A stretch of 64,000 nucleotides of DNA from an uncultured Verrucomicrobiae bacterium. GTDB lineage: Bacteria > Verrucomicrobiota > Verrucomicrobiia > Limisphaerales > UBA11358. The DNA is taken from contig CAWFZJ010000024.1 of the NCBI GenBank assembly GCA_963820205.1, positions 14-64,013 of the forward strand, read 5' to 3'. The notes under the pieces were generated by a model that was not told the DNA's origin, did no database searches, and was given only the letters and a program-made list of their open reading frames with translations. The position numbers and the translations under genes were made by a program. Shown in pieces: positions 40,549 to 49,911 of this stretch; the first letter of the stretch is position 1; the number at the start of each line of letters is the position of its first letter.

Positions 40549-40570
40549 AACATTCGATATGTCGAATGTT
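40549..40570. promoter_or_regulatory. perfect 9-4-9 palindrome, candidate operator (C-box-like) in the divergent methylase/controller promoter region
   Basis: aacattcga-tatg-tcgaatgtt. It lies 32 nt upstream of ATG 40602 and 43 nt from the methylase's ATG at 40506. Confidence 0.5.
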
Positions 40571-40601
40571 CGTCGCGCCCAATTTCGGCTTTGCTGATGT
40601 A

Positions 40602-40823
40602 ATGGGTCAAGCTGCCAAACATCGGGTGATTGTGGGGAAAAACATTCGCGCCTGTCGAACCAGCGCGGGGTTGACCTTGGAGCAATTGGCAGAAAAGGCG
40701 GACATGAGCTGGCCCTACCTTTCTGAAATTGAGCGAGGTCGTGAGAACATTTCGCTCGATAAGCTCGCCCGATTGGCCATAGCACTAAATGTCAAGCTGT
40801 CAAATCTAGTTGAGGACGTCTGA
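40602..40823 (+). CDS. XRE-family helix-turn-helix protein, candidate R-M controller (C) protein
   Basis: 73 aa: VIVGKNIRACRTSAGLTLEQLAEKADMSWPYLSEIERGRENISLDKLARLAIALNVKLSNL. The size and position are typical of C proteins. ATG 40566 is an alternative start, but it lies inside the palindrome. Confidence 0.75.
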   Translation: MGQAAKHRVIVGKNIRACRTSAGLTLEQLAEKADMSWPYLSEIERGRENISLDKLARLAIALNVKLSNLVEDV

Positions 40824-41176
40824 AAGATTTCTGTCTCGCAGCGGACGATGTGGGTGGTTTCGCGTTTCTTGCCGTTCGGCGTTTTGGCCCACGCTTCCTG
40901 CAAACTGATGTCCACGGTCGTGTGGACGACCGCGCCGCGCTCGACATGGGCGCAACTCAAAAACACGAACTTGCATTCGTGAAAGATGCGCTCGGTCTGG
41001 ATTTCGGGCACGTCGGCCATGTCGCGTGATCCATTGATCGAATCGGAAAAGATCGCAAGATCAATTTGATGGTAGGGCGCGTCACTCCGTGCGCGCCGTT
41101 CGGTCGCATTCGGGGCAGCGGCGGGCAACGGAGTGCCCGCCCTACCAAAGACAGAGATTTCCATACGCACCCGGAA

Positions 41177-42378
41177 GTGGCGGAGCCAGATTTCTATGAT
41201 TTCGCGGTCGGCCCGGCGGGCCGCGATTTCGACATGGTGCAAATCGAGTTCGACCCCGACGCAGCCGCGTTTGAGCCGGAGGCTGGCGACGGCGGTGGTC
41301 CCGTTGCCCAGAAACGGGTCCAGCACCAGGTCGCCTTCGTTCGTCGAAGCCAACAGGCAGCGTTCCACCAGCGCCACGGGCTTCTGCGTGGGATGTTGCC
41401 CAGCGCCTTTTCTTCGGTGGTTGGTGTCCCAATCGTCCAAATGTTGTCCGGCGCCGGAGTCCCGAGTCCACAGTTTTCAGTCTTCAGTTCTTCGGACTGA
41501 GGACCGGAGACTTGGGACTGGAAACTATGGCTTCGCCAAACCGTTTTCATCTGTTTGCCGGTCACCTTCCGCATTTCCTGGTAATTGAAGACGTGTTTGC
41601 TTTTCTCGCTTTTCGCTGCCCACAAAACCGTCTCCGTCGAGTGGGTGAAGTAGCGGCAGCTCAGGTTCGGGGGCGGATTCGGCTTTTCCCAGGCGATGTC
41701 GTTCAGAATCTTGTACCCGAGCTGTTGCATCGCATAGCCGATGCTGAAAATGACGTGGTGCGTGCCGGTCACCCAAATCGTGCCGTTCGGCTTGAGCACG
41801 CGCTGACAGCGGCGCAGCCATTCGGTGTTGAATTCGTGGTTTAGTTCCGGTCCGCGCGAGACGTCCCAGTCGCCTTTATCCACCTTCACCATTTTGCCCG
41901 CGTGGCAGGTGATGCCGCCGTTGGAGAGAAAATAAGGCGGGTCGGCAAAGATGGCGTCGAACCGGCCGTCGGGATATTTTGCCGCGATGGCGTCGAGTAG
42001 CTCGAGCGAGTTGCCGTGGTAGAGCCAGATGCCGCGCGCTGGGTCGGTGAAGGCAAGGTGTGGAATAGGAGCGCCAATCTCTGAATCGGCGTGTTGGTGA
42101 GAAACGGAACGAGCCGAATCGGAGTTCGGCGTTCCAATGCTGCCATCCTCGCGCAGCTCAAAATGGGCGGGAGAAATCAAATGGGCATGGGGCAAATCAT
42201 CGGCAGGAGCGCGGACTTTAGTCCGCTTCAACGTCAATTCGCATCCGGTTGATGAAGCGGCGTGACCGCCGCGCTCCGATGTCGGCTCTCGACTCTCGAC
42301 TCTCGTCGCTCGACCCGGCTTGGGCGGCGGGGATTTATAGAACGGCTGGCGTCTGGCTGGTTTGGCTTTCTTCGGCAC
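41177..42378 (-). pseudogene. beta-class (CcrM/HinfI-like) N6/N4 DNA methyltransferase, one frame break and a 33-codon in-frame insert
   Basis: Motif IV FADPPYF comes first. After KQMKTVW..IWTIGTPTTEEKALG the frame shifts, and the sequence continues HPTQKPVALVERCLLASTNEGDLVLDPFLGNGTT..GVELD. Restoring aa to aaa at ~41395 joins the two frames. The GTG start at 42378 is uncertain because the first ~105 codons are REP-like. There is no in-frame stop until 40715. Confidence 0.75.
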
Positions 42379-42428
42379 GCCCAGATCAATTGATCAGAAA
42401 GCCGATCCAGATCAAGGGTTAATTCATA

Positions 42429-43728
42429 TCACGGCTTGAAGTATTCCCGGTATTTTGACGGCTGGCCGGATTCCCAAGGGCGATATTGATTGCAGAATTC
42501 AATCCGTTCCGCCGGCGTGGGGTGCGAGCCATACCAGAATTGGATGATGGGTGCCGGCCGGTAAACATAGACGCCGTTTTGCACCAGTTTTACAAAGGCC
42601 GTGGCCGCCGCGTGATTGTTGCGGGTCAGTTCCAACCCGAACCGGTCGGCTTCGTGTTCCACATGGCGGCTGTAAGCCATGTAGGCGGGCCGGTCGGCAA
42701 ACACAGACAGTTGGAAGGCAAGAATAATCAGCGGCAGGGCGGCGAAATCCGATGGCGTGTCAAAGCCCCACCGGTGTTTGCACCGACGGATGACCGGACC
42801 AGCCAGCCAATACCACGCATAGAGTGAAAGGAAGGCCATGAGCGATGCGAAGGCAGCCAGTTTGATGACGTGTTGAAGAACGTAATGCCCCATTTCGTGC
42901 CCGAGAATGAAGAGCAGTTGGTCGTCATTGAAATCCTTCAGCATGGTGTCCCAAAACACAATGCGCCGCGTGCCGAACAGGCCGGTGACATAGGCCTCGT
43001 CCATCCTGGTATCCACGCTCATGTTCATTTCATAAACGCGGCCGCCTTCGATGCCGACGCGCGCGGCTTGGGCCAGGACTTTTGATTCAAGTGTTTTGTC
43101 CTGCAATGGCCGGAACTGATGGAAAAGCGGGTCAATCAGGACGGGTTGGATTAATAGCTGGGCGCACAGGAACAGCGGCACCAGCAAACCCAGATGGAGC
43201 CACCAGCGTCGCGGGCTTTTTTTGATGACGAGAAACGGAATCCAACCCACGGCCAGGCCAATGACCATCACCACCCCCGCGCTCTTGAAGCGTGTTGCCC
43301 AGCCATCGGCTCAGGGTTTGGCTGGTCAGATCGAAGTGGTGGGGAAAGACATAGCCGGCGTAATAGTTCAACGGCAAATTGACAAGGAACCAGAGCAGGC
43401 CAAAGGCAAGCGCGTAGAGAACGAAAGTGAAATACCAGTTTTGCCCTTGTCGCTCCGCCCAGGAGCGAATCCGGGCGGACCATCCGGCAAACAAAAAGAG
43501 TGCGGGCGACAAAAAACTCCAGATGATGGCAGCGATTCCAACTACCACCGTGGCGTGGTAACGCCGGACGGCTTTTTCGCCCGGCACCGGCACGGCAACG
43601 GGGGAGGCATTGGGGCTGGTGATTTGGGAATTGGTTTGTGCCGCCATGGCCGGTTCGCCGGCCCGCGCAAGGCAAATGGTGAACCAGACGCCGGCGCCGA
43701 ACACGAACCAGAACAGAACAGTCTTCAT
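42429..43728 (-). pseudogene. M48-family (Ste24/HtpX-like) zinc metallopeptidase, one frame break as assembled
   Basis: Signal/TM N-terminus from ATG 43728. The catalytic motif is ILGHEMGHYVLQH. Removing one G from the G5 run (C5 on the plus strand, 43274-78) gives ..LGNTLQERGVVMVIGLAVGW... Confidence 0.8.
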
Positions 43729-43992
43729 GGATGCGCCTTTGATAGGCGCGCGCCGCAAGCGAGTCAATCCATTTGGGCGCAGGCTGTTTGCGATTGAGAC
43801 AGGCGGAATCAGTGGTCATTTCACCCGACGTTGAATTCGTGGTTCAGTTCTGGTCCGCATGGCCTGCGTTGGATTTGACTCCGTTGACATGAAATGTCTC
43901 GAAGCTTATCCTGCGCCGGTTTGATAGTGTTCACTCGGAATGAATGCTGGTAATGTTATGCAATCATTGGCCATAATATCTTATCTCATCAT

Positions 43993-46407
43993 ATGAAAAT
44001 CCGCGCCTTACGTTTATCCGCCTTCTTGTTGGTGTCCGCTCTTGGCGGACTTCCGCTCTGCACCCATGCGGCGACCGGTGACGAGCATTGGGATTACCAG
44101 TTTGGCATTCCGGGGACCGATGATGGGGTCGCGGTCATCGCCACCAACGGCAGCGACATGTATGTGGCCGGGCAGTTCCGGTCGGTGGCCGGCGTGGTGG
44201 CGAACCGGGTGGCGCGGTTTGACGGTCTGCGGTGGTCGCCGCTCGGCAGCGGCATCGGCAGCACGAGTGTGTCCGCGCTCGCGTTCCAAGGTGACAATGT
44301 TTATGCGGGCGGCTTCTTTACGAGCGCGGGCGGCGTGGCGGTCAACAATATCGCGCGCTGGGACGGCACCAACTGGTATGCGCTGGGTTCCGGCGTGAAC
44401 AATTACATTTATGCCATGGCCACAGTGGGCAAATATGTTTATGCGGGCGGCATGTTTACCAGCGCGGGCGGCGTGGCGGCCACCAATATCGCGCGCTGGG
44501 ACGGCACCAACTGGTCGGCGTTGGGCCGAGGCGTCTCCGGGCTGCTGGTCAAGACGCTGGCGACCGACGGGACGAATCTTTACGCGGGCGGCGCGTTCAC
44601 CAATGCCAGCGGCGTGACGGTCAATAACATTGCGGTCTGGGACGGTACGAAGTGGTCCGCCTTCCACGGCGATCCGGGCACCAACAGCGCCATCTTTACG
44701 ATTCTAGTGGACGGTTCCAACATCTACTTGGGCGGCGGTTTCAGCAAGGCGGGGGGCGTTGCCGCGACCAACATTGTGAAGTGGAACGGGAGCGGCTATG
44801 AAGCGCTGGGGAGCGGTTTGACGGGAACCAACGTTGCCATTTATGCGATGGCGCGCATGAAGGGCGACCTGTATGTGTGCGGCAGCTTCACCAACGCCGG
44901 AGGTGTGGCCGTCCAGAACGTGGCCCGCTGGAACGGCAGCACCTGGACGAACCTGGCGGAAGGCGTCACGGCCGCCTCCCCAACCCTGCCGTTGTTGCTG
45001 TACGGTTTGGGAGCGGGGCCGGACGGACGGCTTTACGTTGGCGGATTTTTTGATACGGCCGGCACGCTGGGGGTTTACGATCTGGCCGCCTGGGACGGGA
45101 CGAACTGGCAGTTGGTGCGTCCGGGGGCGGGCAACGGACTCTTCATCCCCAGCACGAGCATGGTTCGCGCGGTCGCCGTCAACGGCAATGATTTGTATGC
45201 CAGCGGCACTTTTACGGCGGCCGGGACCATCAAGGCGAACCGGGTGGCGCACTGGGACGGCACCAACTGGTGGGCGATGGGCAGCGGCATGAAAGGAACG
45301 AATGACTCTGTCACCACGGTGGTTTCCGCCCTGGCCATCAGCGGCGGCTACTTGTATGCAGCCGGGAATTTTACCAACGCCGGCGGCGTGACGGTCACCA
45401 ACATCGCGCGATGGGACAGCAGTTCCTGGTCGGCGCTTGGCTCGGGCCTGGACAATCAGGCATCGGCCATGGCCGCCAACGGCAGCGATGTGTATGTGGG
45501 CGGCAGTTTCATCAAAGCGGGCGGTGTCACCGCCAATTACATCGCGAAATGGAACGGCAGCGCCTGGTCGCCGCTGGGGACGGGTCTCAATGGCAGCGTG
45601 TCGGCGATTTCGGTTGGTTCCGATGGCATTTATGTGGGCGGCTCTTTCACCACCGCCAGCGGTGTGACGGTCAGCAACATCGCGCGATGGGACGGAGCGG
45701 CCTGGCATTCGCTGGGCAACGGCACGACCAACGGCGTGGGCGGAACGGTCACCGCCATCCTGCCGGTCTCGCCGACAGAGGTTTATGTGGGCGGCACGTT
45801 CACGACGGCGGGAGTAGTCAGCGCGAACCGGATTGCCAAGTTTGACGGCACAAGCTGGTCGGCTTTGGGCAGCGGCATGTCGGGCGTCACTTCCCCGTCT
45901 GTCAACGCCCTGGCGGATGACGGAGTGTATTTGTACGCGGCGGGCGCGTTCACCAACGCCGGGGGAACCATGGTGTCCACCATTGCGAGATGGGACGGGG
46001 CATCCTGGACGAGTCTGGGCAGCGGTCTGGCGCGGCTGGCCATAGGCGGCACCGGACCCATTGCGGGAACGGGTGCGGCGCTCGTTTTCAATGGAAATGA
46101 TCTTTACGCGGGCGGCATGTTCGTCACGGCTGGAGGCAAGGTTTCGTCCGGAATTGCGCGGTGGAACGGACAGACAACTTTCACGCCACCGGCGGTCATG
46201 TCTCTGGGCCGGCCTTGCATGGCCTCGGGCGGACAGTTCCAGTTCCGGGTGACAGCAAGCTCTGACGTCAGTTATGTCATCGAAGGTTCCGACGACCTGG
46301 CAATCTGGCTGCCAATGACCACCAACAGCGCCAGTCCGTTTATCTGGTTGGATTCAGATTTTTCCAGCCACGCGAATCGCTTTTACCGGGCGCGGCAAGC
46401 TCAATAA
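43993..46407 (+). CDS. secreted beta-propeller-type repeat protein (14 x ~50-aa repeats) with a C-terminal FYRA module
   Basis: It has a signal peptide. The repeat G.FT.AGGV.A.NIA.WDG..W..LG.G occurs 14 times, read from the W(D/N)G motifs. The C-terminal ~80 aa end in ANRFYRA. Confidence 0.7.
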   Translation: MKIRALRLSAFLLVSALGGLPLCTHAATGDEHWDYQFGIPGTDDGVAVIATNGSDMYVAGQFRSVAGVVANRVARFDGLRWSPLGSGIGSTSVSALAFQGDNVYAGGFFTSAGGVAVNNIARWDGTNWYALGSGVNNYIYAMATVGKYVYAGGMFTSAGGVAATNIARWDGTNWSALGRGVSGLLVKTLATDGTNLYAGGAFTNASGVTVNNIAVWDGTKWSAFHGDPGTNSAIFTILVDGSNIYLGGGFSKAGGVAATNIVKWNGSGYEALGSGLTGTNVAIYAMARMKGDLYVCGSFTNAGGVAVQNVARWNGSTWTNLAEGVTAASPTLPLLLYGLGAGPDGRLYVGGFFDTAGTLGVYDLAAWDGTNWQLVRPGAGNGLFIPSTSMVRAVAVNGNDLYASGTFTAAGTIKANRVAHWDGTNWWAMGSGMKGTNDSVTTVVSALAISGGYLYAAGNFTNAGGVTVTNIARWDSSSWSALGSGLDNQASAMAANGSDVYVGGSFIKAGGVTANYIAKWNGSAWSPLGTGLNGSVSAISVGSDGIYVGGSFTTASGVTVSNIARWDGAAWHSLGNGTTNGVGGTVTAILPVSPTEVYVGGTFTTAGVVSANRIAKFDGTSWSALGSGMSGVTSPSVNALADDGVYLYAAGAFTNAGGTMVSTIARWDGASWTSLGSGLARLAIGGTGPIAGTGAALVFNGNDLYAGGMFVTAGGKVSSGIARWNGQTTFTPPAVMSLGRPCMASGGQFQFRVTASSDVSYVIEGSDDLAIWLPMTTNSASPFIWLDSDFSSHANRFYRARQAQ

Positions 46408-46595
46408 ACGCCGCGAGAGAGCGGCCGACTGGATCAAGCGATTTCAGCCACAGATTCACACAGATTTTCACAGATATTGTCTTTTGATTTCCCTTTCCGT
46501 GTTTCATCCGTGTCCATCCGTGGCTATAAAAGTTCTGCTGCTCTCTGCACCTTTGCGCCTCTGCGGTGAATTCCGGCTGGGACCGGGCGGGCGGA

Positions 46596-46820
46596 TTATT
46601 CTTGAATCAAAACCGCCTTGTTCTTTTTCAGAAATTTCTCCACGACGCGCTTGCCGCTCACGGAAGTCTGGGTGCGGACGGCATCGGGCTTGGCCAGCTT
46701 GTAATGCACCAGCAATTTGCCGACGAGTCCCACCTTGAGATTCAACTCCGCCATGCGCCAGATTTGGCCGGTTTCCAGCGGTTGAAGGCTAATCCGGCGT
46801 GCCGGCTTGTTATTCTTCAT
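46596..46820 (-). CDS. conserved 74-aa hypothetical protein, paralog of 30244..30468
   Basis: MKNNKPARRISLQPLETGQIWRMAELNLKVGLVGKLLVHYKLAKPDAVR..VEKFLKKNKAVLI. It has an ATG start. Confidence 0.55.
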   Translation of the reverse strand: MKNNKPARRISLQPLETGQIWRMAELNLKVGLVGKLLVHYKLAKPDAVRTQTSVSGKRVVEKFLKKNKAVLIQE

Positions 46821-46875
46821 AAGGTAGTTTGCCCCGGCGCAGGCTGTTTAACCAGCTAAATCGTAAAACCAAGAT

Positions 46876-46981
46876 GAACCACGAAAGACACGAAGTACAC
46901 GAAAAAGGGCTGAAGCCGGTCATTTTACAAGGTGCAGGCCATGCCTTGTCATTTCGTGTCTTTGGTGTGTTTCGTGGTTTC
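46876..46981. repeat. MITE/REP-like palindromic element, cacgaaa-arm family, copy 1
   Basis: The arm gaaccacgaaagacacgaagtacacgaaaaa pairs with tcatttcgtgtctttggtgtgtttcgtggttt. It is homologous to 49717-49853. Confidence 0.8.
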
Positions 46982-47237
46982 AACTGCTGCCGTTCCGGTA
47001 AGCCAGTTTCACAACCCAATCGGCCAGGAAGAATAAAATGGCTCCCAATATCAGCCCCGGAACGCCAAAAACGAAGTAAGACAGGCTCGATGTCGTCTCG
47101 GCATCGCTGCCCTGGCTGACTTGCAGGATGTTTTCAAAAACATTGTCAAACCCCGACCACACATTCCACAGGCTGTAGATAATCATCAGGAATCCGGTCG
47201 CCCGGACCACAACGCCAAACAGTTCGGATGCTTTCAT
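46980..47237 (-). CDS. hypothetical small membrane protein
   Basis: 85 aa from ATG 47237, with two TM helices (GFLMIIYSLWNVW and VFGVPGLILGAILFFLADWV). The support is weak. Confidence 0.35.
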   Translation of the reverse strand: MKASELFGVVVRATGFLMIIYSLWNVWSGFDNVFENILQVSQGSDAETTSSLSYFVFGVPGLILGAILFFLADWVVKLAYRNGSS

Positions 47238-47313
47238 GTATATTCTGACCAAGCCTGAACCATCGGCGTTTCCGTTGTCAATGCCGGGGTGATGCGAGTG
47301 GCAGGCCACTGCG

Positions 47314-47439
47314 AAATGACTAATGCCTAAATCCTAATGACGAAATATGCCCAAAGCACGAATGAGCAAGCCGAATGACGTATTAGTCATTGGTTCATTT
47401 GGAAATTCTTTTGTCATTATGGTTTAGGAATTAGTCATT
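47314..47439. repeat. MITE/REP-like palindromic element, aatgac-arm family, copy 1
   Basis: aatgactaatgcctaaatcctaatgacgaaa pairs with ttttgtcattatggtttaggaattagtcatt. A related copy lies at 55114-55240. Confidence 0.75.
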
Positions 47440-47515
47440 CAAGGAGGCGTGCCTCCGCACATTTCCCGCGCGTTTTGTTTTGGCAAGCGCGCCGTTCGCG
47501 GATTAACTAGACGCC

Positions 47516-48920
47516 ATGCAAGCCGTGCTCGATTACTTGAAACGCAACCAGGCCCGCTTCGTGGCCGAATTGTGCGATTACCTCCGCTTTCCCAGCGTCT
47601 CCGCCCAGCCGCTGCACAAAAAGGATTTGCGCGCCTGCGCCGGCTGGCTCGTGGACCATTGCCGGCATATCGGCCTCGACGCGCGCCTGTGCCCCACCGC
47701 CGGCCATCCCATCGTCGTCGCCAAAACCCCCGCCTTCGATGCGCTTCGGCGCGGCAAGCCGCTCGCGAATTCAAATGCGAAGCGTCCGCACTTCATGATT
47801 TACGGCCACTACGACGTGCAGCCGCCGGAGCCGCTCGAATTGTGGAAATCGCCGCCGTTCGCGCCGCGCATCCAGGGCCGCTCGATTTACGCCCGCGGCG
47901 CCATGGACAACAAAGGCCAGAACTTCGCGCATTTGAAAGCCGTCGAGGCCTATCTCCAAACCGGCACTCCCCTGCCCTGCGACCTCACGTTCGTCCTCGA
48001 AGGCGAGGAGGAGGTCGGCAGCGCGAACCTCGCGAAATTTCTCAAATCGCACCGCGCGGAGTTGAACTGCGACGCCGTGGTCATCTCCGACACCGACATT
48101 CCCAGTCCCAAACATCCCGCGCTGGCCTATTCGCTGCGCGGCATCATCGCGTTTGAAATCACCGTGCGTGGCCCGGCGCGCGATTTGCATTCCGGCGTCT
48201 TCGGCGGGTCCGTGGAAAATCCGGCGATGGCGCTCGCCCGGCTGCTCGCGCAACTTCGCGACGCCAATGGCCGCGTGTCCATTCCCGGTTTCTACGACGA
48301 CGTCGCGCCGCTTTCAGCCTACGAACGGAAACAATTCGCCCGGCTGCCCTATCAAGGACCGTGACCTCCAAAAATTGCTCGGCGTGAAAAAATTATTCGG
48401 CGAACGCGGCTTCACGCCCACCGAACAGCGCAGCGCGCGCCCGACGTTTGAGATCAACGGCCTGACGAGCGGCTACCAGGGCGAAGGCAGCAAGACGATT
48501 GTGCCGGCCTGGGCGCGGGCGAAAATCACCTGCCGCCTCGTGCCAAACCAAAGACCGGCGAAGATTCGTGAACTCGTCTGCCGGCACATCAAAAAAATCT
48601 GTCCGCCGACGGTGCGTCTCGAAATCGAGGCCGGTCACGGCGCGGAGGCGTATCTGGTTTCGCCCACGAGCGCGCGGGCACGGGCGGCGTTGCGCGCGCT
48701 CGAAGCCGCGTTCGGCTGCCCGCCGGTGCTGATGCGCGAAGGCGGCTCGATTCCCATCGTCAACGATTTCAAAAAGATTCTTGGCGCTGACTCGCTGCTT
48801 CTGGGTTTGGGTCTGCCGGACGGCAACGCACATTCGCCGAACGAGAAATTCAATCTCGATTGTTTTGCCAAAGGCCAGGCCATGAGCGCGCATCTGTGGC
48901 AGGAGTTGGCAGGCTGCTGA
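47516..48920 (+). pseudogene. M20-family dipeptidase, one frame break as assembled
   Basis: YGHYDVQPPEPLELW, ARGAMDNKGQ and LEGEEEVGS in the N-terminal frame. TFEINGLTSGYQGEG and REGGSIPIV..PDGNAHSPNEKF in the next frame. Removing one C of ccc 48347-49 gives ..FARLPIKDRDLQKLLG... Confidence 0.85.
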
Positions 48921-49024
48921 GTAGGAGCCGACGTAAGGAGGCTTTGACTTTTAGAACTCTCAACACTCAACCATGAACCCTCAACCCGATCAGAGCCTCG
49001 TCACCTCGGCTCCTACAAAAATCA

Positions 49025-49597
49025 TTAGACTGCCCACAACCTCAGTTCCGCCCGCAATTGTTCCACCGGCAGGCCCACGACGTTGCTGTAGGAACCCGAG
49101 ATTTCCGAGATAATCAGGTCGCCGTGCTCCTGAATCGCATAAGCACCCGCCTTGTCCAGCGGGTTCACCCTGGCCAGATAATCGCGGATTTGTCCGGCAT
49201 CGAGCGGATGAAACATCACGTCCGTGCTCTCGGCAAAAATCCGTTCCCGGTGTGCGCGCAAATGAATCAGGCTGATGCCGGTGACCACCTGGTGCGTCCG
49301 GCCCTGCAGCCGCGACAGCATCCGCTCCGCATCGGCGCGGCTGGCGGGCTTGCCCATGATTTCGCCGTCGAGAAACACCAGCGTGTCCGCGCCGAGCACG
49401 AGCGAGTCGGGATTTTTCTTTGCCACCGCTCGCGCCTTGCGCCGGGCATTGAGCTGGCAGACTTCAAACGGCGACAATTGCTCGTCCAAAATCTCCGTCG
49501 CGTCGCTGGGGATGACTCGAAACTTCAACTTCAACAGTCGCAACAATTCCGCGCGTCGCGGCGAGGCCGAGGCGAGAATGAGCGGCGGTAAATTCAC
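49025..49597 (-). CDS. maf: Maf-family nucleoside triphosphate pyrophosphatase
   Basis: GTG start. LILASASPRRAELL, LGADTLVFLDGEIMGKP, AGAYAIQ and VVGLP. Confidence 0.9.
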   Translation of the reverse strand: MNLPPLILASASPRRAELLRLLKLKFRVIPSDATEILDEQLSPFEVCQLNARRKARAVAKKNPDSLVLGADTLVFLDGEIMGKPASRADAERMLSRLQGRTHQVVTGISLIHLRAHRERIFAESTDVMFHPLDAGQIRDYLARVNPLDKAGAYAIQEHGDLIISEISGSYSNVVGLPVEQLRAELRLWAV

Positions 49598-49716
49598 GCC
49601 GCGAATTTAAGCAATGCCGGTCGGACTGTCGAGCGGCGGAGCAAGTTGGAGTTCAAGCTTCAGCTTGCCTGGAAGCGCTGGCGTCCCGCCGGCGAGCCTC
49701 AAACCGGCAAACAGAT

Positions 49717-49853
49717 GAACCACGAAATACACGAAGCACACGAAAAAAAGCTGGAACCAATCCTATTATGCGGTGGCAAATTTCAATTGCCGGCGGATCG
49801 GCGGTGTCTGGTCATGCTTTGTCATTTCGTGCGTTTGGTGTATTTCGTGGTTT
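49717..49853. repeat. MITE/REP-like palindromic element, cacgaaa-arm family, copy 2
   Basis: gaaccacgaaatacacgaagcacacgaaaaaaa ... tcatttcgtgcgtttggtgtatttcgtggttt. Confidence 0.8.
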
Positions 49854-49911
49854 AAACTTTTTCAGGATGAATTGAATTTCGCAGGCGGGACGCCTGCGCT
49901 ACTCTGTGCCC

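Noticed and set aside
40715-41176. A 150-codon C-terminal extension of the beta-methylase frame (..DLAIFSDSINGSRDMADVPEIQTERIFHECKF..), or a separate minus-strand gene from ATG ~41022 that overlaps the controller gene.
   Set aside because: I recognised no family. The stretch crosses a REP-like segment (41070-41150, GRAGTPLPAAAPNATERRARSDAPYH) and overlaps the well-supported HTH gene by 108 nt in antisense. It may be a remnant of a lost nuclease gene, but this cannot be supported.
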